From contig CAZQNA010000006.1 of the NCBI GenBank assembly GCA_964594835.1, forward strand, positions 1-64,000: a DNA stretch of 64,000 nucleotides, written 5' to 3'. The position numbers were made by a program, and so were the translations under genes. Every line of letters begins with the position of its first letter. The stretch's first letter is position 1. The notes below the pieces were generated by a model. The model ran no database searches. It saw only the letters and a program-made list of their open reading frames with translations, and was not told the origin of the DNA. Below are positions 17,618 to 26,762 of the stretch, in pieces. This DNA is from an uncultured Nitrososphaerota archaeon (lineage in GTDB: Archaea > Korarchaeota > Korarchaeia > Korarchaeales > Korarchaeaceae).

Positions 17618-19216
17618 TTAACCTCCCGTCCAGACGAACCACGCGCCCCTCAGCGGGTTCGGGTCCCACGTCATCCCCTCTTCGCAGCCGAGGCAGATCC
17701 ACACGGGGTCGTAGGCGTAGCCCTCGTCCCTGAGCACCGACTCTCTGAAGAAGGCCAGGGCCTCCAGGAGGCCGACCCTCCCCCCGCCCTCCCCCAGGTA
17801 GTAGCCCGGGTAGGAGGGGGCGAAGGCCAGGAACTCGAATATCCTTGCGAACTCCCCGTCTATCAGCTGGCCCCTGGAGGTCGTCGCGACCACGATGGCG
17901 GACCTCAGGCCGGAGAGTGAGCGGGCGAAGTCCTCTGCCTCGCAGCCGTTGACCAGCACCACGAGCCTCCCGTACTCCAGCCTCGAAAGCGAGTTCGAGA
18001 GGTCCCTCGCCGTCAGGTTCCCCGGGGCGAGGTCCATCCAGGTCCACCCACTACCGTGGTGGGCGTTTATGACGACGAGGACCACGTCGTTGGGGTCTGA
18101 AGGGAGAGAGGAGATGGCCTCGAGGGCCCTGGCGACGTCCGACTCGGACTCCAGCATGATGTCGGGGTAGACGAGCCCTGCGGTCGGCGCCCTCTTCCTC
18201 CTGCCCCACGGGACGTCCGACATGTACATCCCCACGTAGAAGGGCCCCGCCCAGCCCCTGGAGAGGTGGGTCCAGTACAGGGCCGTTGCGTCCAGCCCCT
18301 GCTCTGTCCTCATGGACAGGACGCTGACGATGAGCAGTATGTTGTCCTCCGTGTAGCCGTGCCTCTTGGCTAGGTGGTAGAGGAGGAGGGACCCGCCGGC
18401 GCCCACCCTGCCGCCCTGGACTACCACCAAGAACCTCTCGGACCTGCCGTAGAGTTCGTCCAACCTGGGGTTGTCCAGGTCGTTCATCGGGTCGGTTCCG
18501 GCGACTATCTCCTCCAGGTTGGAGAAGCCGTCCGAGTCGAGGTCTCCGGAAAGTCGGTCTCTCCTGAGGATCCCAGACTGGCAGAGGTCGAAGAGCGAGG
18601 TGAATGGGAGGTCGAGGATTGCCTCAAGGGCGATCTCCTCGTCCTGGTCGACCGCCCCGTCGTCCAGGATCGAGTCCACGATTCTGGAGGAGCAGCCCCG
18701 TATCTCCGCCTCGTCGTAGAGTCTGGAGAGCTCCGTCGGCGGTCCAGCGAGGATCCTCTCCACCACCCTCACCAGGGCCCACTCGCCCTCGCTCACCACC
18801 CCGTCCCGCTCCAGGGGCGAGAGCATCCTGTAGACATCCCTGCTCACGCCCTCATCTATGGCGTAGGAGAGCAGCGGGCTCGGAACCAGCGGGTCTCCGC
18901 CCCACATGAACTCGAGCCCGTCCTCTATCCCGTCACCGTCGGTGTCCGGGATCCGGGGGGAGGTTCCGAGCTTCACCTCCAGCCCGTCCATGAGGCCGTC
19001 GAGGTCGGTGTCGAACTTTCCGACTACGGTCCCGTAGACGAACCTCTCCAGGGCGTCCGCGAGCATGTCGTCGTCGCCGTCGGTCACCTCGAGGGTGAGC
19101 TTAGCCAGGTTCGACGTCTGGGTCAGGATGACAGCGAACACTATCAGGGCGCACGCCCTCTTTGCCCTGGACCTGCCGCCCAACACCCTCGGGGTCCCCG
19201 CGTACCGGGTGAACAT
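17618..19216 (-). CDS. Membrane-anchored protein with DxDxDG Ca-binding repeats and C-terminal clan CD/C13 (legumain/Gpi8-like) peptidase domain
   Basis: N-terminal hydrophobic helix; DTDLDGLMDG, DTDGDGIEDG, DLDSDGFSN repeats; YHLAKRHGYTEDNI, VVINAHHG (His), LVVLVNGC (Cys). Start uncertain (19186-19300). Confidence 0.7.
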   Translation of the reverse strand: MFTRYAGTPRVLGGRSRAKRACALIVFAVILTQTSNLAKLTLEVTDGDDDMLADALERFVYGTVVGKFDTDLDGLMDGLEVKLGTSPRIPDTDGDGIEDGLEFMWGGDPLVPSPLLSYAIDEGVSRDVYRMLSPLERDGVVSEGEWALVRVVERILAGPPTELSRLYDEAEIRGCSSRIVDSILDDGAVDQDEEIALEAILDLPFTSLFDLCQSGILRRDRLSGDLDSDGFSNLEEIVAGTDPMNDLDNPRLDELYGRSERFLVVVQGGRVGAGGSLLLYHLAKRHGYTEDNILLIVSVLSMRTEQGLDATALYWTHLSRGWAGPFYVGMYMSDVPWGRRKRAPTAGLVYPDIMLESESDVARALEAISSLPSDPNDVVLVVINAHHGSGWTWMDLAPGNLTARDLSNSLSRLEYGRLVVLVNGCEAEDFARSLSGLRSAIVVATTSRGQLIDGEFARIFEFLAFAPSYPGYYLGEGGGRVGLLEALAFFRESVLRDEGYAYDPVWICLGCEEGMTWDPNPLRGAWFVWTGG

Positions 19217-19413
19217 AACGGTTATCGCGTGGGAGAGGTCGGAGCGACGCCACAGGCGGGTTCTGATCGAGCTGCAGACGGATGGGCACGGTTCAGTCAA
19301 CAGTCAGACCGGGCACGGCTGCCAACTTCACCCTGGGAATCGATGTGAGCCCAGCGGGCTATTTCGGCCGGCATAGGGCCCCTTGAGCCGATCAGGGGCA
19401 AAGGCGTGTAAGG

Positions 19414-19447
19414 ATTGTTAACTAAAATCTTTAATTAATTGATAAAG
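19414..19447. promoter_or_regulatory. AT-rich divergent promoter with imperfect palindrome
   Basis: CTTTAATTAATTGATAAAG (19429-19447), about 25 bp upstream of the 7-TM gene start. Confidence 0.55.
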
Positions 19448-19471
19448 CCAAAGGTTTGACATACTCTCGAG

Positions 19472-20089
19472 GTGCCGGTGTGGGCCATGTTGGGCTTGAC
19501 CCTCCTGGGGAAGGTCGTGGCTTGGGAACTCCTAGTTGCCGCCACTGCCTACCTCCTCATGGCCGCCACAACGAGCCTCTCTCCAAAGAAGTCTCCCCAG
19601 GTTGGGTTTTTCGCCCTCGGATTTTCCCTCCTGGCTCTGGCCATGATAGCTAGGTTCGTAGCCCTGGCCTCGCCTGCCGGCGTCGGCTGGAGGTTGGCCA
19701 TTCCGTCGGGGGCCCTCGTCTTCATGTCGGCGGCCGCCTTCCTGAGCGGGTTCGCCAAGCCGTCCTCGAGGCCCGTGGCGGAGGCCGGGGTCGTCGCAGC
19801 AGGGACCCTGGTCCTTTTCTTCGCAGGCAACGATCCCTCGGGCCTGTCCCTGATCGAGCTCTCCTACGGAGCGGTCTTTCTGGCCATGTTCGTGCTGGCG
19901 GCGCGGGTGTACCTGAGGTCTGGCCTGACCACCCACCTCTTCCTGGCCCTTGGGTTCCTGCTGATAGGGATCTCGGGCATGCTCGCCGCCGTGCCGCTCG
20001 ATCTCCCGGCCCGACTTGCCCTCCTCCTGACGGCTTCTCTCCACTTGGGCGCCGCCGTCTCGTTTGTCTGGGCCCTCGCGGGGGTCTGA
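19472..20089 (+). CDS. Stand-alone 7-TM membrane protein (putative sensor)
   Basis: Seven hydrophobic helices by inspection; FALGF in TM2 and LALGF in TM6 suggest internal duplication; no soluble output domain. Confidence 0.7.
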   Translation: MPVWAMLGLTLLGKVVAWELLVAATAYLLMAATTSLSPKKSPQVGFFALGFSLLALAMIARFVALASPAGVGWRLAIPSGALVFMSAAAFLSGFAKPSSRPVAEAGVVAAGTLVLFFAGNDPSGLSLIELSYGAVFLAMFVLAARVYLRSGLTTHLFLALGFLLIGISGMLAAVPLDLPARLALLLTASLHLGAAVSFVWALAGV

Positions 20090-20091
20090 CC

Positions 20092-20508
20092 ATGGGCCTG
20101 AGGGACGTCTACGTTTTCGAGGACCGCACGGGAAGGCTAGTGTTTGCCAAGTCGTACGGTAGCCTGAAGGGGGACGAGGATCTCATCTCGGGCTTCCTCT
20201 CATCGATCCAGAGCTTCCTGGCGGAGGTGGCCGAGGACGAGATCAAGGAGATCTCCGGCAGGAGGTTCAGGTTCCTGTTCAAGAAGGCGGGGAGCTGCGT
20301 GGTGTGCGTCGTCGTCGATGGGAGCGACGACTCAAAGTCCTCCAGGAGGCTGCTGGACAGCGTCGCCACCGCCTTCGAGAAGGCGAGCCGATCTCCAGGC
20401 GTACGGAGGCTGGACAGGTTCGAGAGAAAGTGCGACGAGATAGCCGAGAGCTGGGGGAAGCTCGTGAGGTGGGCGGAGGCTCTTGACCAGCTGGACGAAT
20501 GGAGGTGA
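20092..20508 (+). CDS. Longin/roadblock-like domain protein
   Basis: Beta-beta-alpha-beta-beta-beta-alpha pattern: VYVF, GRLVF, DEDLISGFLSSIQSF, IKEI, FRFLF, VVCVVV, RRLLDSVATAFEK. Confidence 0.75.
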   Translation: MGLRDVYVFEDRTGRLVFAKSYGSLKGDEDLISGFLSSIQSFLAEVAEDEIKEISGRRFRFLFKKAGSCVVCVVVDGSDDSKSSRRLLDSVATAFEKASRSPGVRRLDRFERKCDEIAESWGKLVRWAEALDQLDEWR

Positions 20509-20512
20509 AGAG

Positions 20513-21211
20513 TTGGGCCCAACCGCGATGGAGCTCCTCCGCTCCCTCCCCTCAGAGCACGTCCCGGCGGCCACGGAGGCTCTAAAGTCCCTGGGCGTGT
20601 CCCCGGAGGATCCCCTCACCGACGATCACCTCACCCACGTCTACAGGATGATCAGCCGCGTCTCGGGGAAGAAGGAAGCGTTCAGAGCGCTGAAGGAGGC
20701 TGGGGTCGTCAGGGAGATCTGCAGGGTCAAGGCCTTCATCGTGGGAGACGCCGCGGTCGGCAAGACCACCTTCTGCCTGAAGCTGGCCACCGGCAAGTTC
20801 AAGGAGGAGTACAAGATGACCGTCGGGGTGGACTTCTACACGCTGGACCTGGTGGACTCTGGGAGGCTCGTCAAGCTGGTCCTCTGGGACCTGGCCGGGC
20901 AGGAGAGGTTCGGCCTGGTCAGGCCGAACTTCTACTCGGGCTCCAGCGGGGGATTCGTCACCTTCGCCCTGGACAGGCCTGAGACCCTGGAGAGCGTTCC
21001 AGGCTGGCTCGAGGAGATAGAGAAGAACGTCGGGAGGCGCGTCCCCGTTGTGCTGCTCGGCACCAAGCTAGACCTCGCCCCCAGCCTGCCCTCGGCCTCG
21101 GAACTGGCCAGGGATCTCGGGCTCGTTGGGTACGTGCCGATCAGCTCCAAGACCGGGGAGAACCTCAACAGGGCCGTCAGGATGTTCCTCTCGGCCCTTC
21201 CGGAGATCTAG
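20513..21211 (+). CDS. Rab-like small GTPase with N-terminal helical extension
   Basis: G1 GDAAVGKTT, G2 YKMTVGVDF, G3 WDLAGQERF, G4 GTKLD, G5 SSKTG; TTG start after SD GGAGGTGA that contains the longin stop codon. Confidence 0.92.
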   Translation: MGPTAMELLRSLPSEHVPAATEALKSLGVSPEDPLTDDHLTHVYRMISRVSGKKEAFRALKEAGVVREICRVKAFIVGDAAVGKTTFCLKLATGKFKEEYKMTVGVDFYTLDLVDSGRLVKLVLWDLAGQERFGLVRPNFYSGSSGGFVTFALDRPETLESVPGWLEEIEKNVGRRVPVVLLGTKLDLAPSLPSASELARDLGLVGYVPISSKTGENLNRAVRMFLSALPEI

Positions 21212-21222
21212 GCGGGCCCTGC

Positions 21223-22524
21223 CTAGGCCTCGCCGCGCCTCTCCTCAACGAAGGCAGCGAAGACCGCCAGGGCGGCCAGGCCTATGCCAGCTCCAGCCCA
21301 GAACGACACGGATATCCCCGGGAGCGCCCTCTCGGCGATCACGATCTCCCTCCCCTGACACGCCCTGTACAGGTAGCCCCCAAGCATGGGCCCCACGACG
21401 GCTCCGACGTTGAAGGCGGCCTGGACGGTGCCGAAGACCCTGCCGCGCATCCTGGCCGGGACCAGATCGGCCTGGAGGGCCCTCATGACGGGCTGAAACG
21501 AGTTGAACGCCACAGACCTGGCGGTTGCGATTGCAGTCAGGTCCCTCACGCTCCTCGCCAGGGGTATGAGTGCGGTCATGATCCTGGAGGCGACTCCGCC
21601 GGCGACGACTATGACCTTCCTCCCCACGGCGTCTGACAGCCTTCCCGAGGGGTAGGCCGCCAGCATTCCCACGAGCCCAGAGACGGTCGTCACGGCCGCC
21701 AGGGCGGCTGGGTCCGCGTCTATGTACTGAACGACGAACAGGCTCATGAGGGGCCCCGAGAATCCCATGGCTACGCCGTTCGCCGCGGCCATGAAGTAGA
21801 TTGCGTCGATGCTCCTCCTGACGGTGGAGTCGATCTCGGGAGGGGTACCCGCCGGGCTCTCGCCGTCCGGGTCGTTCGCCTGGCCGGGCACCCGCGGGGG
21901 CTCGGCGAGGAGCAGGGCGGCGGGCAGGCCCATCAGGGAGAAGACCGTCAGGAATAGGAACGGGAACTTGAGGGCTCTCTCAACGTCCCTTATTCCGAGG
22001 TAGAGGACGCCCAGCTTGTAAGCCGAGACCCCTAGCGCCGGACCCATTATGAAGGCCAGGTTCGTCGCGACCATGTAGACGGCCATGGCCCTTCCACGCC
22101 TCCCCCTCCCCGTGGAGTCCATCAGGAGAGCCTCCGCCACGGGCCAGACCATGGCGGAGGCGACCCCCTGGAGCCCCCTGATTAGGTAAAGCTGGTTGAG
22201 GCTGTTTGAGAGGACGTATGCCAGGGAGAGTACGACGTACAGCACGGATCCTGCGATGACGATCCTCTTCCTGCCGACCCTGTCGCTCAGAGATCCGAAG
22301 TACCTCGCCAGGAGGGCCCTGGTGAGCATGAAGGCCGAGACCAGGGCGCCGTACTCGACCGCGTAGTTCCCGGCCCCCACGACGGTCCCAAGCTCTTCGG
22401 GAAGCTCCTTTATCTCTCCAACCAGGAAGAGCATGTAGTAGGGTATGATCCCCATTACCGCCCCGTATCCCAGGCTGATGACGAAAGCGAGCCACGAGAG
22501 GAGCGCCAGGTTTCTTCGGTACAA
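21223..22524 (-). CDS. MFS transporter
   Basis: GSLSDRVGRK and GRLSDAVGRK motif A; about 12 TM. Confidence 0.9.
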   Translation of the reverse strand: MYRRNLALLSWLAFVISLGYGAVMGIIPYYMLFLVGEIKELPEELGTVVGAGNYAVEYGALVSAFMLTRALLARYFGSLSDRVGRKRIVIAGSVLYVVLSLAYVLSNSLNQLYLIRGLQGVASAMVWPVAEALLMDSTGRGRRGRAMAVYMVATNLAFIMGPALGVSAYKLGVLYLGIRDVERALKFPFLFLTVFSLMGLPAALLLAEPPRVPGQANDPDGESPAGTPPEIDSTVRRSIDAIYFMAAANGVAMGFSGPLMSLFVVQYIDADPAALAAVTTVSGLVGMLAAYPSGRLSDAVGRKVIVVAGGVASRIMTALIPLARSVRDLTAIATARSVAFNSFQPVMRALQADLVPARMRGRVFGTVQAAFNVGAVVGPMLGGYLYRACQGREIVIAERALPGISVSFWAGAGIGLAALAVFAAFVEERRGEA

Positions 22525-22824
22525 GCTCGGGGCCCTCCTCTCCGCGAGTTAATATTTCTTACTGAGAGGCGCCCTGCGGACAGTTCGACGCCCGCGCTGA
22601 GCCCTCGCCAGGCTCCGATCGGGCCGATTTCTGGAAACTCCCTTAACGCATGATTCGTATCGGAATCGATAATGTCGGCCGAGGGGCCCGCGGACCAATG
22701 ATCGTGCCGGGGTCGGCGGGGGCATCCTGGCCCACATCGTGTAATTATGTACCCATGTATGGTAAAGAAATTTACTAAGAATCATTTAAATAGTAAATCT
22801 GGTGGGTTGAAGCGTTGCATTAAG

Positions 22825-24186
22825 ATGGATGAAGAAGATGAAGGGTCGCGGGGAGCGCCACCGAGTAGGGTTACCCTGGGGGTGGATCCGCTCGACCTCC
22901 TGCTTGACGGGGTTCAGCCAGGGTCCGTCCTGGTTATGCTCGGACCGCCGGGTTCTGGGGCCAGCGCGCTCGCCGCAGAGTTCCTCCTCAAAGACTTGGA
23001 GAAGGGAGGCAGGGCCGCTGTCCTGCTGACCACTCGGAGGACCTGGGAGCTTCTCAGGATAGCCGAGGCATATGGACAAGACCTGAACGGGGGACTCAAG
23101 GAGGGAAAGGTCAGGATAATAGAGATCGGGAACCCATTCGCGCCGAGCGACGTGAATGAGTCGCTGATTGAGTTCTTCACGGTCGTGGACGAGTTCAAAC
23201 CCGCCCGCGTGTACGTAGACGTAATAGATCCGCTCCTGGTAACATTAGGCAGAAGAGGACTCATGTCCGGGCTGATCGGGCCACTGATCGAACTCTCCAG
23301 GCGAAACAAGCTCCTCACCCTGATAAGGTGCGCCTCTGCTCGGACCTACTCCCTCCTCTCCCAGTTCTCCACGGGGGCCTTCAGGCTCGAGTGGAGCCCC
23401 GTCACCAGGGGGGGCGGGAGCCTCCGGAGGCTGATTCTGGACAATCTCCGGGACATCCCGCACCCGAGGACTTCGACGGAGTTTGAGCTCGTCCCAAAGG
23501 TGGGTGTGAGGGCTGTTCGGCCTGGTGGGCTGCCAGACTGGGTGGAGAGGGTATCCTCCGGGTTCCCAGAGCTGGATTCGGCCCTCGGCGGGGGGTATCC
23601 GAGGGGCTCCATGATCCTCGTGACGGGCGGGCCAGGGTCCGGGAAGACCCTCCTGGCCCTGAAGTCCTCGCTGTCCCTCTCGGGGGCCGGGATGAGAGTT
23701 CTCTTCATCAGCTTCGCCGAGAGTTCGGACGACGTGCTAAGGAGGGCGAGGTCGCTGGGAGAGAGGGTGCAGGGGTTCAGCGCCGTCGGGGCCGACCCCT
23801 CGGAGAGTTCGGTCGCGGGCCACATCCAGGAGCTGAGGAGGTCCCTGGCCGAGCACGAGCCAGAGGCCGTCGTGGTCGACGCCCTGGAGCTGATGGTCTC
23901 CATGCTCGACAGGTGGGAGGATGGCCTGAAGTACCTGATCACGCTTAGGGGATGGGCGAGGGAGTCTGGTGGGCTTGCGATAGTCTCGTCCGGCGAGGTC
24001 CCGCTGGTTACGCTGGCGAGCCCCATGTTCGATGTCCTCCTCAGGCTGGAGACCGCGGACCACGAGGGTCGCCTCGTCAGGACCCTGAGGGTCCAGAAGT
24101 CCTCGTATGGGGGTGGGTCGGCGAGGAGTATACCCCTCCCGGCCGACGACCCGGATCAGCCCGGGCAACCTTTATCCACGGACTAG
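22825..24186 (+). CDS. KaiC-like/RAD55 double-domain ATPase, N-terminal Walker A degenerate
   Basis: GPPGSGAS (Lys lost) and GGPGSGKT; SSGFPELDSALGGG; TTTAAATA at 22785-22792. Confidence 0.83.
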   Translation: MDEEDEGSRGAPPSRVTLGVDPLDLLLDGVQPGSVLVMLGPPGSGASALAAEFLLKDLEKGGRAAVLLTTRRTWELLRIAEAYGQDLNGGLKEGKVRIIEIGNPFAPSDVNESLIEFFTVVDEFKPARVYVDVIDPLLVTLGRRGLMSGLIGPLIELSRRNKLLTLIRCASARTYSLLSQFSTGAFRLEWSPVTRGGGSLRRLILDNLRDIPHPRTSTEFELVPKVGVRAVRPGGLPDWVERVSSGFPELDSALGGGYPRGSMILVTGGPGSGKTLLALKSSLSLSGAGMRVLFISFAESSDDVLRRARSLGERVQGFSAVGADPSESSVAGHIQELRRSLAEHEPEAVVVDALELMVSMLDRWEDGLKYLITLRGWARESGGLAIVSSGEVPLVTLASPMFDVLLRLETADHEGRLVRTLRVQKSSYGGGSARSIPLPADDPDQPGQPLSTD

Positions 24187-24199
24187 CCCGAGGTCTCAC

Positions 24200-24928
24200 G
24201 TGTTTGGGGACCGGATCCTCGGAGTCCTCGGCGGAATGGGGCCGGAGGCCACGGCCTACTTCACGTCCCTAGTGACGGAGCTTACCCCGGCCGAGAGGGA
24301 CCAGGATCACATCCCGATGCTGGTCCTCAGCGACCCCAAGATCCCAGACAGGAGTGAGGCCATACTGCGGGGAGGCCCGAGCCCAGTTGAGAGGGCCGTG
24401 GCGGACCTGAGGATCATGGAGGATCTGGGCGTGGAGCTCGTCGCCGTTCCGTGCAACACCTTCTTTCACTTCTACGACGAGGTGGCCTCAAGGACCTCCC
24501 TGGAAATAGTCCACATGCCCCGAGAGGTGGCCGACCTTCTCCACGGGGCCGGGGTCGAGAGGGTCGGTCTCTTAAGCACCACCGGGCTGGTGAGGTCCGG
24601 GCTCTACCAGAGGCTGCTGGCGGACAGGGGGATCGAAGTGGTCCTCCCGAGGGATCAGGACGAGGTCATGAGGGCGATATACGAGATAAAGGCGGGTCGC
24701 AAGGCTGCGGCGAGGCTGGCCCTGGTCCGCGCCGCCCGCAGGCTATTGGACGGGGGCTCCCAGCTGGTCGTCGAGGCGTGCACCGAGGTTCCGCTGGTCT
24801 TGGGCGGCGAGCCCATCCCCCTGCTGGACCCGATGGAGGTGGTAGCCAGGATCTGCGTGGACAGGTTCAAGGGCACGGCTCTGCTCGCCAGCCTGAGGTC
24901 CACCGTGAGGGAGGCGACCCTCGGCTGA
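24200..24928 (+). CDS. Aspartate/glutamate racemase family protein
   Basis: GVLGGMGPEAT, DQDH, PCNT and ACTE catalytic cysteines. Confidence 0.92.
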   Translation: MFGDRILGVLGGMGPEATAYFTSLVTELTPAERDQDHIPMLVLSDPKIPDRSEAILRGGPSPVERAVADLRIMEDLGVELVAVPCNTFFHFYDEVASRTSLEIVHMPREVADLLHGAGVERVGLLSTTGLVRSGLYQRLLADRGIEVVLPRDQDEVMRAIYEIKAGRKAAARLALVRAARRLLDGGSQLVVEACTEVPLVLGGEPIPLLDPMEVVARICVDRFKGTALLASLRSTVREATLG

Positions 24929-25068
24929 TCCCGCCGATCCAGGTCCGATCGAGTCTGGAGACCAGCGCGCCCGCGCGCCCGGGCGCGCGCCCTTATCGCC
25001 CCGGGCCCCTCGCCGGGATCGACGGAAGACAGATCGCTTTTTGATGGTGACCGGGGGGTGCCAGGGGG

Positions 25069-25974
25069 ATGACGCCGAGGCTCGCAGGGGGGCGCGGGGT
25101 TGAGGGGAGGGCCGTAGCGGTCGTCCTGGCCGCGCTGGCGTTGACGTCGGCGGTCGCTCCCCCCGCCCGGGTTTGTGGCGAGGCCCCCCGGATGAAGGTG
25201 GTCGCCAGACTGTTCCACGACGGATGGGCGGACGTGGAGATCTCCGTGAACCTCACGGGGGATGAGGCCTTCGCCGTGGTCCCCCTCGTCGGGGAGCCAG
25301 ACTCTTTAATAGTGCTGGACGAGGATGGAGTCCCCCTCAACTACTCCGTGGAGGGCGGATCGCTTCTCGTAGCCTCCCTCGGATCCGAGAGGGTGCTGGT
25401 CTACTACCAGACGCCCACCCTGGCCGAGATGGTCGGCGGGGTGTGGAACGTGACCATATCGCCCGGGGCGGTCTCCCTGATAGAGGTGCACCTCCCGAAC
25501 GGATCGGCCGTGGTCGGCCTCTCGGAGGTGCCGGAGTTGGTCACCCCGCGGGGAGGCGGGGTCGTCGTCGAGTTCGTCTCGGACTCTGTGTGGGTCTCAT
25601 ACGTCCTCCCTCCACCCATCTCCTCTCCCCCGCCGTCCCGGATCGGCGAAGAGGGGATCCCATCAGCCGGGCCCGGCTCGCGGACCATCACCCTCGCCCT
25701 GGTGGCGGCCGTCGGGCTGGGCGCGCTGACCCTGGCGCTGGCGGCCGGTCGGGGGCGTCGCCCAACGTCGGGACCCCTGGACTCGACCGACGAGGCCATA
25801 CTGCGGGGCCTCATGGACCTCGGCGGCGAGGCGTACCAGGCGGACCTGGTCAAGGCCCTGGGGATCCCCAGATCCACGGTCTGGAGAAGGATCAGGAGGC
25901 TCGCGGGGGAGGGGTACTTGGAGCTCAGGGAGGGGGAGAGGGGGAAGATAGTGAGGCTCAGGCGCCCTGAATGA
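25069..25974 (+). CDS. Type I membrane protein with extracellular beta domain and cytoplasmic winged-helix domain
   Basis: Signal peptide, beta-rich ectodomain, Pro/Ser stalk, TM (ITLALVAAVGLGALTLALAA), GRGRR, then YQADLVKALGIPRSTVWRRIRRL HTH. Confidence 0.82.
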   Translation: MTPRLAGGRGVEGRAVAVVLAALALTSAVAPPARVCGEAPRMKVVARLFHDGWADVEISVNLTGDEAFAVVPLVGEPDSLIVLDEDGVPLNYSVEGGSLLVASLGSERVLVYYQTPTLAEMVGGVWNVTISPGAVSLIEVHLPNGSAVVGLSEVPELVTPRGGGVVVEFVSDSVWVSYVLPPPISSPPPSRIGEEGIPSAGPGSRTITLALVAAVGLGALTLALAAGRGRRPTSGPLDSTDEAILRGLMDLGGEAYQADLVKALGIPRSTVWRRIRRLAGEGYLELREGERGKIVRLRRPE

Positions 25975-26761
25975 GGGTTATCCCCAGCACGCTGGCCAGC
26001 CACAGCACTACTGGGAGGGTGAGCCCTGGCAGGATCCTCCTCCTCGTGTACAGGAGTCGCAGGGTGAGCACCACCCCGGCGTTGAGGGGTACGAGCGCCG
26101 CCAGGCCCCACACGGGCCCGAGCATCCTGCAGGAGGAGGCCGAGGCCAGGGAGTAGGCGAACAAGTCCCCGAGGCCTATCGAGACCCTTCCGTGGGTCAC
26201 CATCATGGGCGCGAGCGGATCCTCGCCCTCCGTGCCAGCGGGGCCGGTCTCGGGTATCGAGAACATCTCGCCGAGGGGGCCTCTAAAGACGGCGTACGCG
26301 TCGTAGAGGGCCAGGCTTCCGAGGAATATGAGGGTGAACACCTCAGGGAACGTGCTGACGAAAAGGTAGGCCACCGCGGAGGAGAGGAGGGCCTTGGCTA
26401 GATTCCCGGCTGTCCCCGGCCTCAGCCCCAGCCAGGTGAATGCGGCGCCAGCGGGCACCGAGATCGCCCACGGGAGGCCGATCGAGGAGAGGACCTCCGC
26501 CAGGGAGAGCGAGGCGGCGTAGAAGAGGGAGAGCAGCAGGAGCGCCTTCAGGACCCTGATCCTCCCAGTCTTGATGAGGTACACCATGAGGGAGGCGGCG
26601 GCGAACAGGAGGAGAACGTAGAAGGCTGACAGTCCGCTCGCCTGGGTGGTCGTGAGCTGAACCTCCGGCTCGGGTCTCGTGGCAAGGACCATGCCTAGAG
26701 CGATGAGCTGGGCCAGGCAGGGCCACACGACCACGGAGTACGGCATCTCACCTCCATCCAT
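25958..26761 (-). CDS. Presenilin/SPP family (A22) intramembrane aspartyl protease
   Basis: LALYDAYAVFRGPL (YD), IGLGDL (GxGD), LPGL (PAL-like), multiple TM. Confidence 0.88.
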   Translation of the reverse strand: MDGGEMPYSVVVWPCLAQLIALGMVLATRPEPEVQLTTTQASGLSAFYVLLLFAAASLMVYLIKTGRIRVLKALLLLSLFYAASLSLAEVLSSIGLPWAISVPAGAAFTWLGLRPGTAGNLAKALLSSAVAYLFVSTFPEVFTLIFLGSLALYDAYAVFRGPLGEMFSIPETGPAGTEGEDPLAPMMVTHGRVSIGLGDLFAYSLASASSCRMLGPVWGLAALVPLNAGVVLTLRLLYTRRRILPGLTLPVVLWLASVLGITLIQGA

Positions 26762-26762
26762 C

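Noticed and set aside
22549-22785. 78-aa minus-strand ORF in an AT-rich gap
   Set aside because: Atypical composition; the region is better explained as divergent promoters.
12694-24186. Circadian clock
   Set aside because: No KaiA/KaiB, and the catalytic EE and phosphorylation sites are not conserved.
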